Shown here piece after piece: positions 35,370 through 45,341 of a stretch of 62,931 bases of DNA; the stretch's first letter is position 1; each line of letters opens with the position of its first letter. The DNA is from Limnohabitans sp. (GTDB taxonomy: Bacteria > Pseudomonadota > Gammaproteobacteria > Burkholderiales > Burkholderiaceae_C), in assembly GCA_030729445.1 (NCBI GenBank), contig JANQXJ010000187.1, positions 1-62,931 of the forward strand, given 5' to 3'. The position numbers and the translations under genes are program-made. The notes beneath the pieces were generated by a model, which made no database searches, was not told the DNA's origin, and saw only the letters and a list, made by a program, of their open reading frames with translations.

Positions 35370-36311
35370 TCAGCCCATGGCGTTGCGCTGACGCTCGATA
35401 AAGTCCTGGTAGGTGTCAATGCCGCGCATCTGCAAGATGGTGTTGCGCACGGCCGCCTCGACCAGCACCGCGATGTTGCGCCCAGCCATGACTTGGATCA
35501 CCACTTTTTGCACCGGAATGCCCAACACGTCTTGCCGCAAGGGCTCGGAGGGCAATCGCTCGTAATCGCGCTCCAGGGTTTCACGTCGAACCAGGTGCAC
35601 GATGAGTTTGAGCCGCATTTTTCGGCGCACCGCCGTCTCGCCAAAGATGGCGCGGATGTCCAAAAGACCGATGCCTCGCACTTCCAGCAGGTTTTGCAGC
35701 AAATCGGGGCAGCGTGCCTCGATGGTGGTCTGGTTGATGCGGTACAGGTCCACCGCATCATCGGCCACCAGGCCGTTGCCCCGCGAGATCAACTCCAGGC
35801 CCAACTCGCTTTTGCCCAGACCCGATTCACCCGTGATCAGCACGCCCATGCCCAAAATGTCCATGAACACGCCGTGCATGGTGGTGCGATCGGCAAAGTG
35901 TTTGGACAAATACGCACGCAGCACATCGATCACGAAGGCCGAGGACTGCTCTGTCGCAAACATCGGAATTTGCGCACGCTCGCACATGGCCAGCAAGGCC
36001 TCGGGCGCGGTCTGGCCGTCGGCCAGCACCAGCACCGGCGGCTCCAGCGTCACGATGCGTGCAATGCGCCGCGAACAATCGTCCGGCGTGGCGTTCGTGA
36101 GGTAAGCGACTTCGCGCGGCCCCAGAATCTGTACACGGTAAGGATGGATGTAATTGAGATAGCCCACCAAGTCTGCGCCAGAGCGGGCCTGACGCACGGC
36201 CACCTCATCAAAGCGGCGCTCTGAAGCGCCTAACCCGGCTTGCCACTGCCACTTGAGTTGTTCGCGGTGGTCCTCAAAGAGGAGATCGGCACTGATGACG
36301 GTGGGCTTCAT
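35370..36311 (-). CDS. hprK: HPr kinase/phosphorylase
   Basis: [30 protein letters not shown]. Confidence 0.96.
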   Translation of the reverse strand: MKPTVISADLLFEDHREQLKWQWQAGLGASERRFDEVAVRQARSGADLVGYLNYIHPYRVQILGPREVAYLTNATPDDCSRRIARIVTLEPPVLVLADGQTAPEALLAMCERAQIPMFATEQSSAFVIDVLRAYLSKHFADRTTMHGVFMDILGMGVLITGESGLGKSELGLELISRGNGLVADDAVDLYRINQTTIEARCPDLLQNLLEVRGIGLLDIRAIFGETAVRRKMRLKLIVHLVRRETLERDYERLPSEPLRQDVLGIPVQKVVIQVMAGRNIAVLVEAAVRNTILQMRGIDTYQDFIERQRNAMG

Positions 36312-36336
36312 CGCCTGGGGGCTGTCAGGTCAGGGG

Positions 36337-36804
36337 TCAGGCGGTTTGGGCCGATTGCCACTGGGCAATCAGTTGGTGCAGGGTCGCTTGGACCGTGCTG
36401 CTTTTGATGCTTTCGCGCAAAGCGGTGTCGCTGAGCAGCTCGGCGATCTCGGACAGGATTTCCAGATGCTTCTGGGTGGCTGCTTCGGGCACCAGTAAAA
36501 ATATCAGCAGATTGACCGGTTGCTCGTCCGGCGCATCAAAGCCGATGGGCTGGGCCAGCTGAAAGACGGCGGCCATGGGGGCTTTGAGACCCTTGATGCG
36601 ACCGTGGGGGATGGCCACACCATGGCCTAAGCCCGTAGAGCCCAATCGCTCGCGGGCAAACAAGCTGTCGGTAACCAAAGCACGCGACAAGCCATGCAGA
36701 TTCTCAAAGAGAAGTCCGGCTTCTTCGAATGCACGTTTCTTACTGGTGGCTTCCACCCCCACAAGAACTTGGGCAACAGGCAATATGGATGAGAGTCGGT
36801 TCAT
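36337..36804 (-). CDS. ptsN: PTS IIA(Ntr)
   Basis: RERLGSTGLGHGVAIPHGR; start MNRLSSIL. Confidence 0.94.
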   Translation of the reverse strand: MNRLSSILPVAQVLVGVEATSKKRAFEEAGLLFENLHGLSRALVTDSLFARERLGSTGLGHGVAIPHGRIKGLKAPMAAVFQLAQPIGFDAPDEQPVNLLIFLLVPEAATQKHLEILSEIAELLSDTALRESIKSSTVQATLHQLIAQWQSAQTA

Positions 36805-36900
36805 GGTCGAGGCCGGATTATGCACCTGATCCGACCCATGCCCACTTTCTGAGCCTGACCCGGTCGCGACAGACCCATTCTGGATGGCCCCAATGCGCAT

Positions 36901-36926
36901 AAAAAAGGGCCGCTCGCAGCGGCCCT
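36901..36926 (-). terminator. Intrinsic terminator after hpf
   Basis: AGGGCCGC/GCGGCCCT stem followed by a T-run on the minus strand. Confidence 0.8.
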
Positions 36927-36947
36927 GTTGAGTGAATAGCGGGGAGA

Positions 36948-37277
36948 TCACATCATGCGCTTGGGCGCACTGTGGTGGTGATCGGTGATGCGGTCTTTGT
37001 GTTTGACCACTTGGCGATCAAGTTTGTCCACCAAATCGTCCACGGCGGCGTACAGGTCTTCGTGGGCGCTTTCGGCAAACAAGTCATTGCCTTTGACGTG
37101 GATGTTGCACTCGGCACGTTGACGCTTGTCTTTTTCCTTCTGCTTTTCGACGGTCAGCAGCACTTTCACATCGACCACCTGATCAAAATGCCGGGTGATT
37201 CGATCCAGTTTCCCCGTGACGTACTGGCGCAAAGCCGGGGTCACTTCAAGATGGTGCCCGCTGATGGTTAAATTCAT
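36948..37277 (-). CDS. hpf: Ribosome hibernation promoting factor (RaiA/HPF)
   Basis: [31 protein letters not shown]; GGAGG RBS. Confidence 0.94.
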   Translation of the reverse strand: MNLTISGHHLEVTPALRQYVTGKLDRITRHFDQVVDVKVLLTVEKQKEKDKRQRAECNIHVKGNDLFAESAHEDLYAAVDDLVDKLDRQVVKHKDRITDHHHSAPKRMM

Positions 37278-37516
37278 AATCGTCGCCTCCATAGATTCAG
37301 GGTAAGGAAAGCCCCGCAAGTGCGAGACTCTGAACCCCCTTTGAGGGGAAGGTTCAACCCCACTATGCGCCCCGCAAAATGGAAAAGCAATACGACCCCA
37401 ACTAAACCTGTAAAGAACCGCTTTTTTGTCCCCAAAGCCCCATTTCGGTGCTATCGTGCTGGTTGAGACTGGGCTCGGTCCTGAACTTCAGCAATGAAAT
37501 GGGGTTCACAAACGCC

Positions 37517-38740
37517 TCAATCTGCAGCCTTCGCAGGTGCCCCGTGCAGGCGCAAATGCCCCGCCAGCCAAACGCTGAGCAAACTGGCCACCACCCCCAA
37601 CAAGCCCGCCATCCAGTAACCGGTGAGTTGCCCTTGTGCGTTGCGCCCGATGATGAGCCCCGCCACCAAGGCCGCCAAGCCCATGGAGGCAGATTGCACA
37701 GACGCGTTGAGGGTCATGAAGGTACCGCGTAAACGGGGCAGGGCGGCCGAGGAAATCATTGCCATACCAGGGATCATGCGCCCGCTCATGACGGTGAAGA
37801 ACAAGGTCGAGATGGCCAGCAAGCCCCACAGGGGCAGGCCTTGCGACAGGGTGGTGGCCATCAAGGGCACAGTCACCGCCAAAGCCAAGCGCTGGAACAT
37901 CCGGACCTTGCCCACCCGGTCTGTCAGGCGGCCAAAATAGCGTGCACTGAGCAGGGTGGCGATGCCGCCGCACAGGTAGATCCAAGGCACCTCTTCGGTT
38001 TTCATGCCTGCGTTGGACTGCAGGTAAATGGTGATGTATGGAATGACCGTGAAGGCCGCGAACATCATCAAGCCCGACACCGCAAAAGCCTTAAGGTGGT
38101 TGGGCTCGGCCAGCACTTGGCCGATGCCGCGCCAGACACTCACCCGCTCGGGGTGGTGCAAGTGCGCGTCCAGCCGGGGCAAGGTTTGCCAAGCCGCCAG
38201 CGACAATAGGCCTACCAGCACCGCGATGCCCACAAAAGGCGCATGCCAATTGAAATGCGCGGCCAAAAATAGGCCCAACGGCACACCCGCCACGGTGGAC
38301 ACGGAAAACGACGTCATCACCACGCTCATGGCCCGGCCTCGGCGCTCAAAAGGAATCACATCGGCCACGATGGTCTGCGACAGGGCCGACAAGACCCCGC
38401 CAAACAAGCCTGCGGCTACCCGCGCCACCATCAACCACAGATAGTCGGGCGCCAAGGCGCACGCGAGCGTGGCCAGCCCGAACAGGCTGTACATGGTGAG
38501 CAACAGCTGCTTGCGGCTGAAACGGTCAATGTAGGTGGCCGCCATCAAACCGGAAAAGCCTGCCGATAAGGTATAGGCCGAGACCAACAGCCCAAACTGG
38601 GCGTTGCTGATGCCAAACAGGGCCGTGAACTGCGGCCCCAACGGCATCATGATCATGAAATCGAGGATGTGGGTGAACTGGATGCCAGCCAGCGTGAAGA
38701 GCAGCCAGCGCTCACGCCGTGGGGTCAAATTTGGGGTCAT
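37517..38740 (-). CDS. MFS transporter
   Basis: About 12 hydrophobic helices; motif A variants YIDRFSRK and GRLTDRVGK. Confidence 0.9.
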   Translation of the reverse strand: MTPNLTPRRERWLLFTLAGIQFTHILDFMIMMPLGPQFTALFGISNAQFGLLVSAYTLSAGFSGLMAATYIDRFSRKQLLLTMYSLFGLATLACALAPDYLWLMVARVAAGLFGGVLSALSQTIVADVIPFERRGRAMSVVMTSFSVSTVAGVPLGLFLAAHFNWHAPFVGIAVLVGLLSLAAWQTLPRLDAHLHHPERVSVWRGIGQVLAEPNHLKAFAVSGLMMFAAFTVIPYITIYLQSNAGMKTEEVPWIYLCGGIATLLSARYFGRLTDRVGKVRMFQRLALAVTVPLMATTLSQGLPLWGLLAISTLFFTVMSGRMIPGMAMISSAALPRLRGTFMTLNASVQSASMGLAALVAGLIIGRNAQGQLTGYWMAGLLGVVASLLSVWLAGHLRLHGAPAKAAD

Positions 38741-38806
38741 GGAACAATGCCGTTGAATTGTTTGAATCTACCACCCACAGCCCTCTAAAACCTCTACTCG
38801 CCTCGA

Positions 38807-40045
38807 ATGCCCATTGCCCCCTCAACGACCACCCAGCCCAACTCAACACCCGTAACGCCCCGTTCTGCCGATCCTTGCCCCATGCTGGGGCTGGTTCTGA
38901 TGGGCGGCGGTGCACGCACCGCCTACCAAGCGGGGGCACTGCAGGCCATCGGCCAGCTGCTGAGCCGCACAGTGGGGCCTGCACCAGCTTTTCCGTTCCA
39001 GGTGCTGGCAGGCACCTCAGCCGGGGCCTTGAACGCCACTTTTTTGGCCAGCAAGGCCATGGAGGGCCTGGCCGGGCTGAACGATTTGGCGCATTTTTGG
39101 ACCCAGATTCACACCGAAGCGGTCTACCGACTGCCCCAAACCCCACTGGACAAGTTCAGCCGATGGGCCACGGCTGTGGGTTTGCTGCACTCAGCCCGAG
39201 CCCATGGCGCCGCCATGGACAGCCTGGCCTTGGTCAATACCTTGCACCAAGCGATTGCCCTCGAGAAGATCGACACCGCCTTGCAAAACGGCGTACTGCA
39301 GGCCCTGGCGGTCACCGCATCGAGTTATTCCAGCGGGGTGCACTGGACGTTTTGCCAAACCCGTGACGGCCAGCCGATTCCCTGGAGCCGTCCGGGCCGC
39401 CGCGCCGAACAGCAACCCATCACCATCGAACACCTGATGGCGTCCAGCGCCATTCCCTTCATTTTCCCGTCCACACCCCTGTGGGTCGACGGCGGCATGG
39501 AGTTTTTCGGGGACGGCTCGATGCGCCAGATCTCGCCCTTGTCCTCGGCGGTGCACCTGGGGGCTGACCGGATCTTGGCCATTGGGGTGAGCCAACCCCA
39601 GCGGGCCAGCCTGGCGGCAAGCGCCCACCCTGCGGCCCCCCCTTCGCTGGGCACCATCGCTGGCCACGCCATGGCGAGCGTGTTCCACGACACGCTGGAG
39701 GCCGATGTCGAGCAAATCACCCGCATCAACCAAGCGCTCGACAACCTGCCCGAGGCCATGCGAGCGGACCTGCCCCTGCGCCCGGTTCGGGTGCTGACAC
39801 TGCAGCCCAGCGCCTCGCTCGATGCCCTGGCCCAAGAGCACGCCCACTCCCTGCCCCGCCCCATCCGGCGGGTGCTGGAAGGCATGGGCGCCCTGCGCGG
39901 CAGTGGGGCGGCCTTGGCCAGTTATTTGTTGTTCGAGCCGGAATTCATCTCGGCGCTGATGGCTTTGGGACAAGCGGATGTGCAGGCCCGCACTGACGAA
40001 ATCCTGTCTTTTCTGACCCCCGCAGGTGCGCATCCGGTGCGATAA
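38807..40045 (+). CDS. Patatin-like phospholipase family protein (paralog of 11817-12998)
   Basis: [24 protein letters not shown]; start may be 38882. Confidence 0.88.
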   Translation: MPIAPSTTTQPNSTPVTPRSADPCPMLGLVLMGGGARTAYQAGALQAIGQLLSRTVGPAPAFPFQVLAGTSAGALNATFLASKAMEGLAGLNDLAHFWTQIHTEAVYRLPQTPLDKFSRWATAVGLLHSARAHGAAMDSLALVNTLHQAIALEKIDTALQNGVLQALAVTASSYSSGVHWTFCQTRDGQPIPWSRPGRRAEQQPITIEHLMASSAIPFIFPSTPLWVDGGMEFFGDGSMRQISPLSSAVHLGADRILAIGVSQPQRASLAASAHPAAPPSLGTIAGHAMASVFHDTLEADVEQITRINQALDNLPEAMRADLPLRPVRVLTLQPSASLDALAQEHAHSLPRPIRRVLEGMGALRGSGAALASYLLFEPEFISALMALGQADVQARTDEILSFLTPAGAHPVR

Positions 40046-40061
40046 TCCGCCGATTCATTCT

Positions 40062-40142
40062 GGAGACACATTGCCGTGGAAACTACCCCGAGTCGGTAGC
40101 TTTCGAACGCGCTGAGCACCTTGCCCATCGTTCGAAAGCTGC
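40062..40142 (+). promoter_or_regulatory. Candidate corA leader: uORF METTPSR (40076-40099) overlapping alternative hairpins
   Basis: GGAG at 40062, GTG GAA ACT ACC CCG AGT CGG TAG; perfect 12-bp stem 40098-40109/40129-40140; competing CTACC/GGTAG stem. Confidence 0.55.
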
Positions 40143-40201
40143 AGAAAACCCCTTCGCCGCCCCTTTGAACTTTTGGCACCTGGCCATTTTTCGGATTCGC
40201 C

Positions 40202-41188
40202 ATGCTCAACATCTTCACCCTCGCCAATGGCCGCCTCTTCCAGGAAGAGATCGAGTCACTGGAAGAACTCTCTCGCTTTCAGCCCATCTGGGTCGACCTG
40301 GAGTCGCCCACCCTCGAAGAAAAACGCTGGATCAAGCAGTACTTTGGCCTGTCTATCCCGGAAGACGCGATGGACGAGGACATCGAAGAATCGGCCCGTT
40401 TTTATCAAGAAGACAACGGCGAGCTGCACATCCGCTCTGACTTTTTGATTGCTGACGAAGACGAGCCGCGCACCGTGCGCTGCGCGTTCATCTTGAACCA
40501 GCACAACACCGAGCTGAAAAGCCAGGGCGTGCTGTTTTCCATCCACGACGAAGACGTTCCCGTGTTTCGCCTGCTGCGCATGCGTGCACGCCGCGCCCCG
40601 GGCCTGATCGAAGACGCCAAGGATGTGCTGCTCAAGCTGTTTGACGCCGACGCCGAGTACTCGGCGGACACCCTCGAAGGCATTTACGACCAGCTCGAAA
40701 AAGTGGGCAACACCGTGCTGTCAGGCGACGTGACCGACGCCATGGCCAGCGAAGTGCTGGGCGCGATCGCACGGCAAGAAGACCTGAACGGTCGCATTCG
40801 GCGCAACGTGATGGACACGCGCCGCGCCCTGAGTTTCATGATGCGATCCAAAATGCTGAACGCCGATCAGTTTGAAGACGCCCGCCAGATTCTGCGTGAC
40901 ATCGACTCTCTCGATTCTCACACGGCCTTCCTCTTCGACAAGATCAACTTCTTGATGGACGCCACGGTCGGTTTCATCAACATCAACCAGAACAAGATCA
41001 TCAAGATCTTCTCGGTGGCCAGCGTGGCCTTGCTGCCACCCACCTTGATCGCGAGCCTCTACGGCATGAACTTCCAGTACATGCCCGAGTTGTCGCAAAA
41101 ATGGGGCTACCCCTACGCCCTGGCGCTGATGATCGCCAGCGCTGTGGTGCCCATGTGGTACTTCCGCCGCCGCGGTTGGCTCAAGTAA
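40202..41188 (+). CDS. corA: Magnesium/cobalt transporter CorA
   Basis: DIEESARFY, LPPTLIASLYGMNFQYMPEL (GMN motif). Confidence 0.96.
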   Translation: MLNIFTLANGRLFQEEIESLEELSRFQPIWVDLESPTLEEKRWIKQYFGLSIPEDAMDEDIEESARFYQEDNGELHIRSDFLIADEDEPRTVRCAFILNQHNTELKSQGVLFSIHDEDVPVFRLLRMRARRAPGLIEDAKDVLLKLFDADAEYSADTLEGIYDQLEKVGNTVLSGDVTDAMASEVLGAIARQEDLNGRIRRNVMDTRRALSFMMRSKMLNADQFEDARQILRDIDSLDSHTAFLFDKINFLMDATVGFININQNKIIKIFSVASVALLPPTLIASLYGMNFQYMPELSQKWGYPYALALMIASAVVPMWYFRRRGWLK

Positions 41189-41197
41189 GGCGCAACT

Positions 41198-41959
41198 TCA
41201 GTCCAGCGCCCGCTGGCGCAGCCACTGCGACACAATGGCCAAACTGTAACGGCTGGCCACCTCTCGGATGAAGCGCTGAAAATCGGTGTGCGCCGTATCG
41301 TCTGCGCGGTCGGAGATGGTGCGCACCGCCGCAAAAGGTACGCCGTAATCGTGGCACACCTGCGCCACCGCAGCTCCCTCCATCTCCACCGCCAAAGCCT
41401 CAGGCAGTGCTTGTCGCAGCGCATGACTTTCGGCCGAGGTGGAGACAAAACGGTCGCCACTGAGGATCAAGCCTCGATGCACACGAGGCGCAGTCAATTG
41501 GAACTCAGCCAAGGTGCTTGGGCCCAGGTGCAGCGCAGCACCGGCCAAAACCTGCTCGCTGGCCGCTGAAAGTTGGACGCACAAGGCAGCATCGGCCTCA
41601 AAACGAGCACGGCCATACAGCGGCACCTCATGGCGCGGAAAAAGCGGCGAAGCATCCATGTCGTGTTGCACCAAGCCATCGGCCACCACCACATCACCCA
41701 CCCTCACCCCAGAGCCCAACCCGCCCGCCACACCTGTGAACACCAAGGTGTCGACCCCAAAGCGCTCGAGCAAGACCGTGGCCGTGGTGGCCGCAGCCAC
41801 TTTGCCGATGCGCGAGAACACCGCCACCAACGCGTGGCCTTGCCAACGGCCAACCCAAAAGTCGCGCTCGGCCACCGGCACGCGCTGCTTGTCAGGCATT
41901 GCCGCCAGCACGGCCGCCAGTTCTTCGTGCATGGCGCTCATGATGCCGATCACTGCCAT
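41198..41959 (-). CDS. mtnN: 5'-methylthioadenosine/S-adenosylhomocysteine nucleosidase
   Basis: SAMHEE, IGKVAAA, FTGVAGG, SGDRFV, AVEMEGAA, RTISD. Confidence 0.94.
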   Translation of the reverse strand: MAVIGIMSAMHEELAAVLAAMPDKQRVPVAERDFWVGRWQGHALVAVFSRIGKVAAATTATVLLERFGVDTLVFTGVAGGLGSGVRVGDVVVADGLVQHDMDASPLFPRHEVPLYGRARFEADAALCVQLSAASEQVLAGAALHLGPSTLAEFQLTAPRVHRGLILSGDRFVSTSAESHALRQALPEALAVEMEGAAVAQVCHDYGVPFAAVRTISDRADDTAHTDFQRFIREVASRYSLAIVSQWLRQRALD

Positions 41960-41989
41960 GGATCACCCTTGTACTGTGCTTCAAAAATG

Positions 41990-42017
41990 AAAACGGCCAC
42001 CTTGGAACAGGTGGCCG
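41990..42017 (-). terminator. Intrinsic terminator after the acyl-CoA ligase gene
   Basis: CGGCCACCT/AGGTGGCCG 9-bp stem followed by TTTT on the minus strand. Confidence 0.7.
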
Positions 42018-42053
42018 CAGACGCTCGCCCAAACATGGGATCGCAGGGATGCG

Positions 42054-43736
42054 TCAGGCCTTGGCTCGCAATTCACGCCGCAAAATTTTACCCACTGGGG
42101 TTTTGGGCAATTCGTCGCGAAACTCGATCACCCGAGGTTGTTTGTAAGCGGTCATGTTCTCGCGGCAGTAAGCGATGATCTGTGCCTCGGTCAGCGCTGG
42201 GTCTTTGCGCACCACCACCAACTTGACGGTCTCGCCCGTTTTCTCATCGGGCACCCCAATGGCTGCGCATTCGAGCACCCCAGGGCATCCGGAAGCGACT
42301 TCTTCCACTTCATTGGGGTAGACGTTGAAACCGCTGACCAAGATCATGTCTTTTTTGCGGTCCACAATCTTGAAAAAACCTCTTGCATCCACGGTGCCGA
42401 TATCGCCCGACTTGAAGTAGCCGTCGGCGGTCATCACTTTGGCAGTTTCATCCGGACGCTGCCAATAACCGGCCATCACCTGTGGGCCTTTGATGGCAAT
42501 CTCGCCAGGTGTTCCGGGGGTAGTGACTTCGTTGCCCTCGTCGTCGAGCAACTTCATCCAAGTGCCCGGAATGGGCACACCAATGGTGCCGGTGAACTCG
42601 GTGCTGGTGGTTGGGTTGCAGCTGGCCGATGGGCTGGTCTCGGACAAGCCATACCCTTCGCAGATGGGGCAGCCTGTTTTCTCCAGCCAGAGTTTGGCCA
42701 CGTTGGGCGTTACAGCGGTGCCGCCGCCCAAAGACACCAGCAGATTCGACCAATTCACCGTGCCGAAATCGGGATGGTTAGCCAAACCGTTGAACAAGGT
42801 GTTCACGGCTGGAAAACTGTGGAACGTGTGCTTGGACAGTTCTTTGAGAACCGCAGGCAAATCACGCGGATTGGGAATCAGAATGGTTTTGCCGCCCATT
42901 CGCAAGCCCAGCATCATGTTCACCGTGAAAGCGAAGATGTGGTACAGCGGCAAAGCGCACACCGAAGTGGGCTGCTGCCCTGCTGGCATCCGCTCCATGA
43001 CAGGAGAGTTCCACGCCTCAGATTGCAGCACATTGGCAATCACGTTGCGGTGCAAAAGCACTGCACCTTTGGACACCCCGGTGGTGCCGCCTGTGTACTG
43101 CAGCACAGCAATGTCATCGGCAGAAAGCTCGGGTTTGCGAAACGCTTGCTGACGTCCCTTGCTCAGCGCTTCATTAAAACGTACCCCTTGGGGCAAATGG
43201 AAGGCCGGCACCATCTTCTTGACGTTGCGCACCACGTAATTGACCAAGCTGCCCTTGAGCAGGCCCAATCGGTCACCCATCGACGCCAGCACCACATGCT
43301 GCACAGGGGTTTGGGCAATGCACTTTTCCAGCGTGGCGGCAAAGTTCTCGATGATCACGATGGCTTTGGCACCAGAATCCTTGAGCTGGTGCTCCAATTC
43401 GCGGGCGGTGTAGAGCGGGTTGACGTTGACCACCACCAAACCGGCTCGCAAAATTGCCGCTACAGCGACCGGGTATTGGGGCACATTGGGCATCATGATG
43501 GCCACGCGATCGCCCTTGTTCAAGCCCAAAGATTGCAGGTAAGCCGCCATGGCCATGCTGTCTTGGTCCGTTTGGGCGAAACTGAATTCTTTGCCCATGA
43601 AACAGTAGGCCGTTCGATCGGAAAACTTGGAGAAACTGTCTTCCAGCAAACCTACCAAAGAACTGTAGGCGTTGGGATTGATATCGGCCGGGACGCCTTC
43701 TGGGTAACTCTTGAGCCAAATGGGATTCGCGTTCAT
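42054..43736 (-). CDS. fadD: Long-chain-fatty-acid--CoA ligase
   Basis: LQYTGGTTGVSKG, EGYGLSE, DRKKDMILVSGFNVYPNE, PKTPVGKILRR; GGAG RBS. Confidence 0.9.
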   Translation of the reverse strand: MNANPIWLKSYPEGVPADINPNAYSSLVGLLEDSFSKFSDRTAYCFMGKEFSFAQTDQDSMAMAAYLQSLGLNKGDRVAIMMPNVPQYPVAVAAILRAGLVVVNVNPLYTARELEHQLKDSGAKAIVIIENFAATLEKCIAQTPVQHVVLASMGDRLGLLKGSLVNYVVRNVKKMVPAFHLPQGVRFNEALSKGRQQAFRKPELSADDIAVLQYTGGTTGVSKGAVLLHRNVIANVLQSEAWNSPVMERMPAGQQPTSVCALPLYHIFAFTVNMMLGLRMGGKTILIPNPRDLPAVLKELSKHTFHSFPAVNTLFNGLANHPDFGTVNWSNLLVSLGGGTAVTPNVAKLWLEKTGCPICEGYGLSETSPSASCNPTTSTEFTGTIGVPIPGTWMKLLDDEGNEVTTPGTPGEIAIKGPQVMAGYWQRPDETAKVMTADGYFKSGDIGTVDARGFFKIVDRKKDMILVSGFNVYPNEVEEVASGCPGVLECAAIGVPDEKTGETVKLVVVRKDPALTEAQIIAYCRENMTAYKQPRVIEFRDELPKTPVGKILRRELRAKA

Positions 43737-43812
43737 GTGGGGTGGTCTCCTGCGATTCAGTCTACCGTAAATCTGACACCTGACTGACATCAAAAGTCTC
43801 GGGGTTTACGCC

Positions 43813-43844
43813 AAAAAAAAGGAGGCGAACTGAGTTCGCCTCCT
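43813..43844 (-). terminator. Intrinsic terminator after pntB
   Basis: AGGAGGCGAAC/GTTCGCCTCCT stem followed by a long T-run on the minus strand. Confidence 0.88.
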
Positions 43845-43868
43845 CGTTTTTACGGATGCGCTGAGGAC

Positions 43869-45287
43869 TTAAGACTTCAAGGCCACCAACACTTCGTCGA
43901 GCATCTTCTTGGCGTCACCAAACAACATGCGGTTGTTGTCTTTGTAGAAAAGCGGGTTGTCCACACCGGCGTAACCGCTGGCCATGGAACGCTTCATGAC
44001 GATGCTGGTGCGGGCCTTCCAGACCTCGAGCACCGGCATGCCGGCGATCGGGCTGGTCGGGTCGTCTTGGGCGGCCGGGTTCACGATGTCGTTGGCACCG
44101 ATCACGATGGCCACGTCGGTCTCGGGGAAGTCCTCGTTGAGTTCGTCCATCTCGAACACGATGTCGTAAGGCACTTTGGCCTCGGCCAACAACACGTTCA
44201 TGTGACCGGGCATGCGGCCGGCCACAGGGTGGATGCCAAAGCGCACGTTCACGCCTTTTTCGCGCAAGGTGCGGGTGATCTCGAACACCGTGTGCTGGGC
44301 TTGCGCCACGGCCATGCCGTAGCCCGGCACGATGATCACGTTCTTGGCGTCGCGCAACATTTCGGCGGTCTCAGCGGCCAAGATGGGGCTGACTTCACCT
44401 TGCGGCTCTGCCGCTTCGCCGGTAGGTTTGGGCGCGGCTGCCGTGGTGCCAAAGCCACCGGCGATCACGCTGATGAAGCTGCGGTTCATGGCGTTGCACA
44501 TGATGTAAGACAGGATCGCACCACTCGAGCCCACCAAAGCGCCGATCACGATCAGCAGGTCATTGCTCAGCATGAAGCCCGTGGCCGCTGCGGCCCAACC
44601 GGAATAGCTGTTGAGCATCGACACCACCACCGGCATGTCGGCGCCACCAATGGCCATGACCATGTGGATGCCAAACAGCAAGGCGATGGCGGTCATGATG
44701 AACAAGGGCACCATGCCTTCTTCCACCGTCTGGGCGTTCATGAACTCACGGCCGAAGTAAATCACCGCAATCAAACCCACCAGGTTCAGCCAGTGGCGAG
44801 CGGGCAGCAACAAAGGGCTGCCGCCGATGCGGCCGGACAACTTGCCAAATGCCGCCACCGAGCCCGAGAAGGTCACTGCACCGATGAAGATGCCGATGTA
44901 GATCTCGCCAGCGTGGATGGCGTGCGCTGCGCCTTCCAAATTTTTGGAGGCTTCTGGGTCCACATAGGTGGCGTAACCCACCAGCGCCGCGGCCATACCG
45001 ACCATGCTGTGCATCAGCGCCACCAGCTCGGGCATTTGTGTCATCTGCACTTTGCGTGCAGCGTACAGACCAATCAGTGCACCCACCAGCACGGAGCCCA
45101 CAATCATGGGAATGCCTTCGGCTGTGACTTGCGGACCAAAGATGGTGGCCAGCACGGCCAAGCTCATGCCGATCATGCCGTAGAGGTTGCCGCGCCGTGC
45201 GGTTTCCTGGTTGGACAAACCGCCCAGGCTGAGGATGAAAAGGATGGTTGCGCCGATGTAGGCGACCGTGGCCAGACTTGAGTTCAT
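43869..45287 (-). CDS. pntB: NAD(P) transhydrogenase beta subunit
   Basis: [47 protein letters not shown]. Confidence 0.97.
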   Translation of the reverse strand: MNSSLATVAYIGATILFILSLGGLSNQETARRGNLYGMIGMSLAVLATIFGPQVTAEGIPMIVGSVLVGALIGLYAARKVQMTQMPELVALMHSMVGMAAALVGYATYVDPEASKNLEGAAHAIHAGEIYIGIFIGAVTFSGSVAAFGKLSGRIGGSPLLLPARHWLNLVGLIAVIYFGREFMNAQTVEEGMVPLFIMTAIALLFGIHMVMAIGGADMPVVVSMLNSYSGWAAAATGFMLSNDLLIVIGALVGSSGAILSYIMCNAMNRSFISVIAGGFGTTAAAPKPTGEAAEPQGEVSPILAAETAEMLRDAKNVIIVPGYGMAVAQAQHTVFEITRTLREKGVNVRFGIHPVAGRMPGHMNVLLAEAKVPYDIVFEMDELNEDFPETDVAIVIGANDIVNPAAQDDPTSPIAGMPVLEVWKARTSIVMKRSMASGYAGVDNPLFYKDNNRMLFGDAKKMLDEVLVALKS

Positions 45288-45305
45288 AAGTGTCTCTTTA
45301 ATCAG

Positions 45306-45335
45306 TTGGGGACAGAGCTAAAGATCTGTCCCCAA
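45306..45335. repeat. Intra-operon palindrome between pntA and pntB (REP-like)
   Basis: TTGGGGACAGA-gctaaaga-TCTGTCCCCAA, perfect 11-bp stem in a 54-bp spacer. Confidence 0.7.
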
Positions 45336-45341
45336 AGTTTT

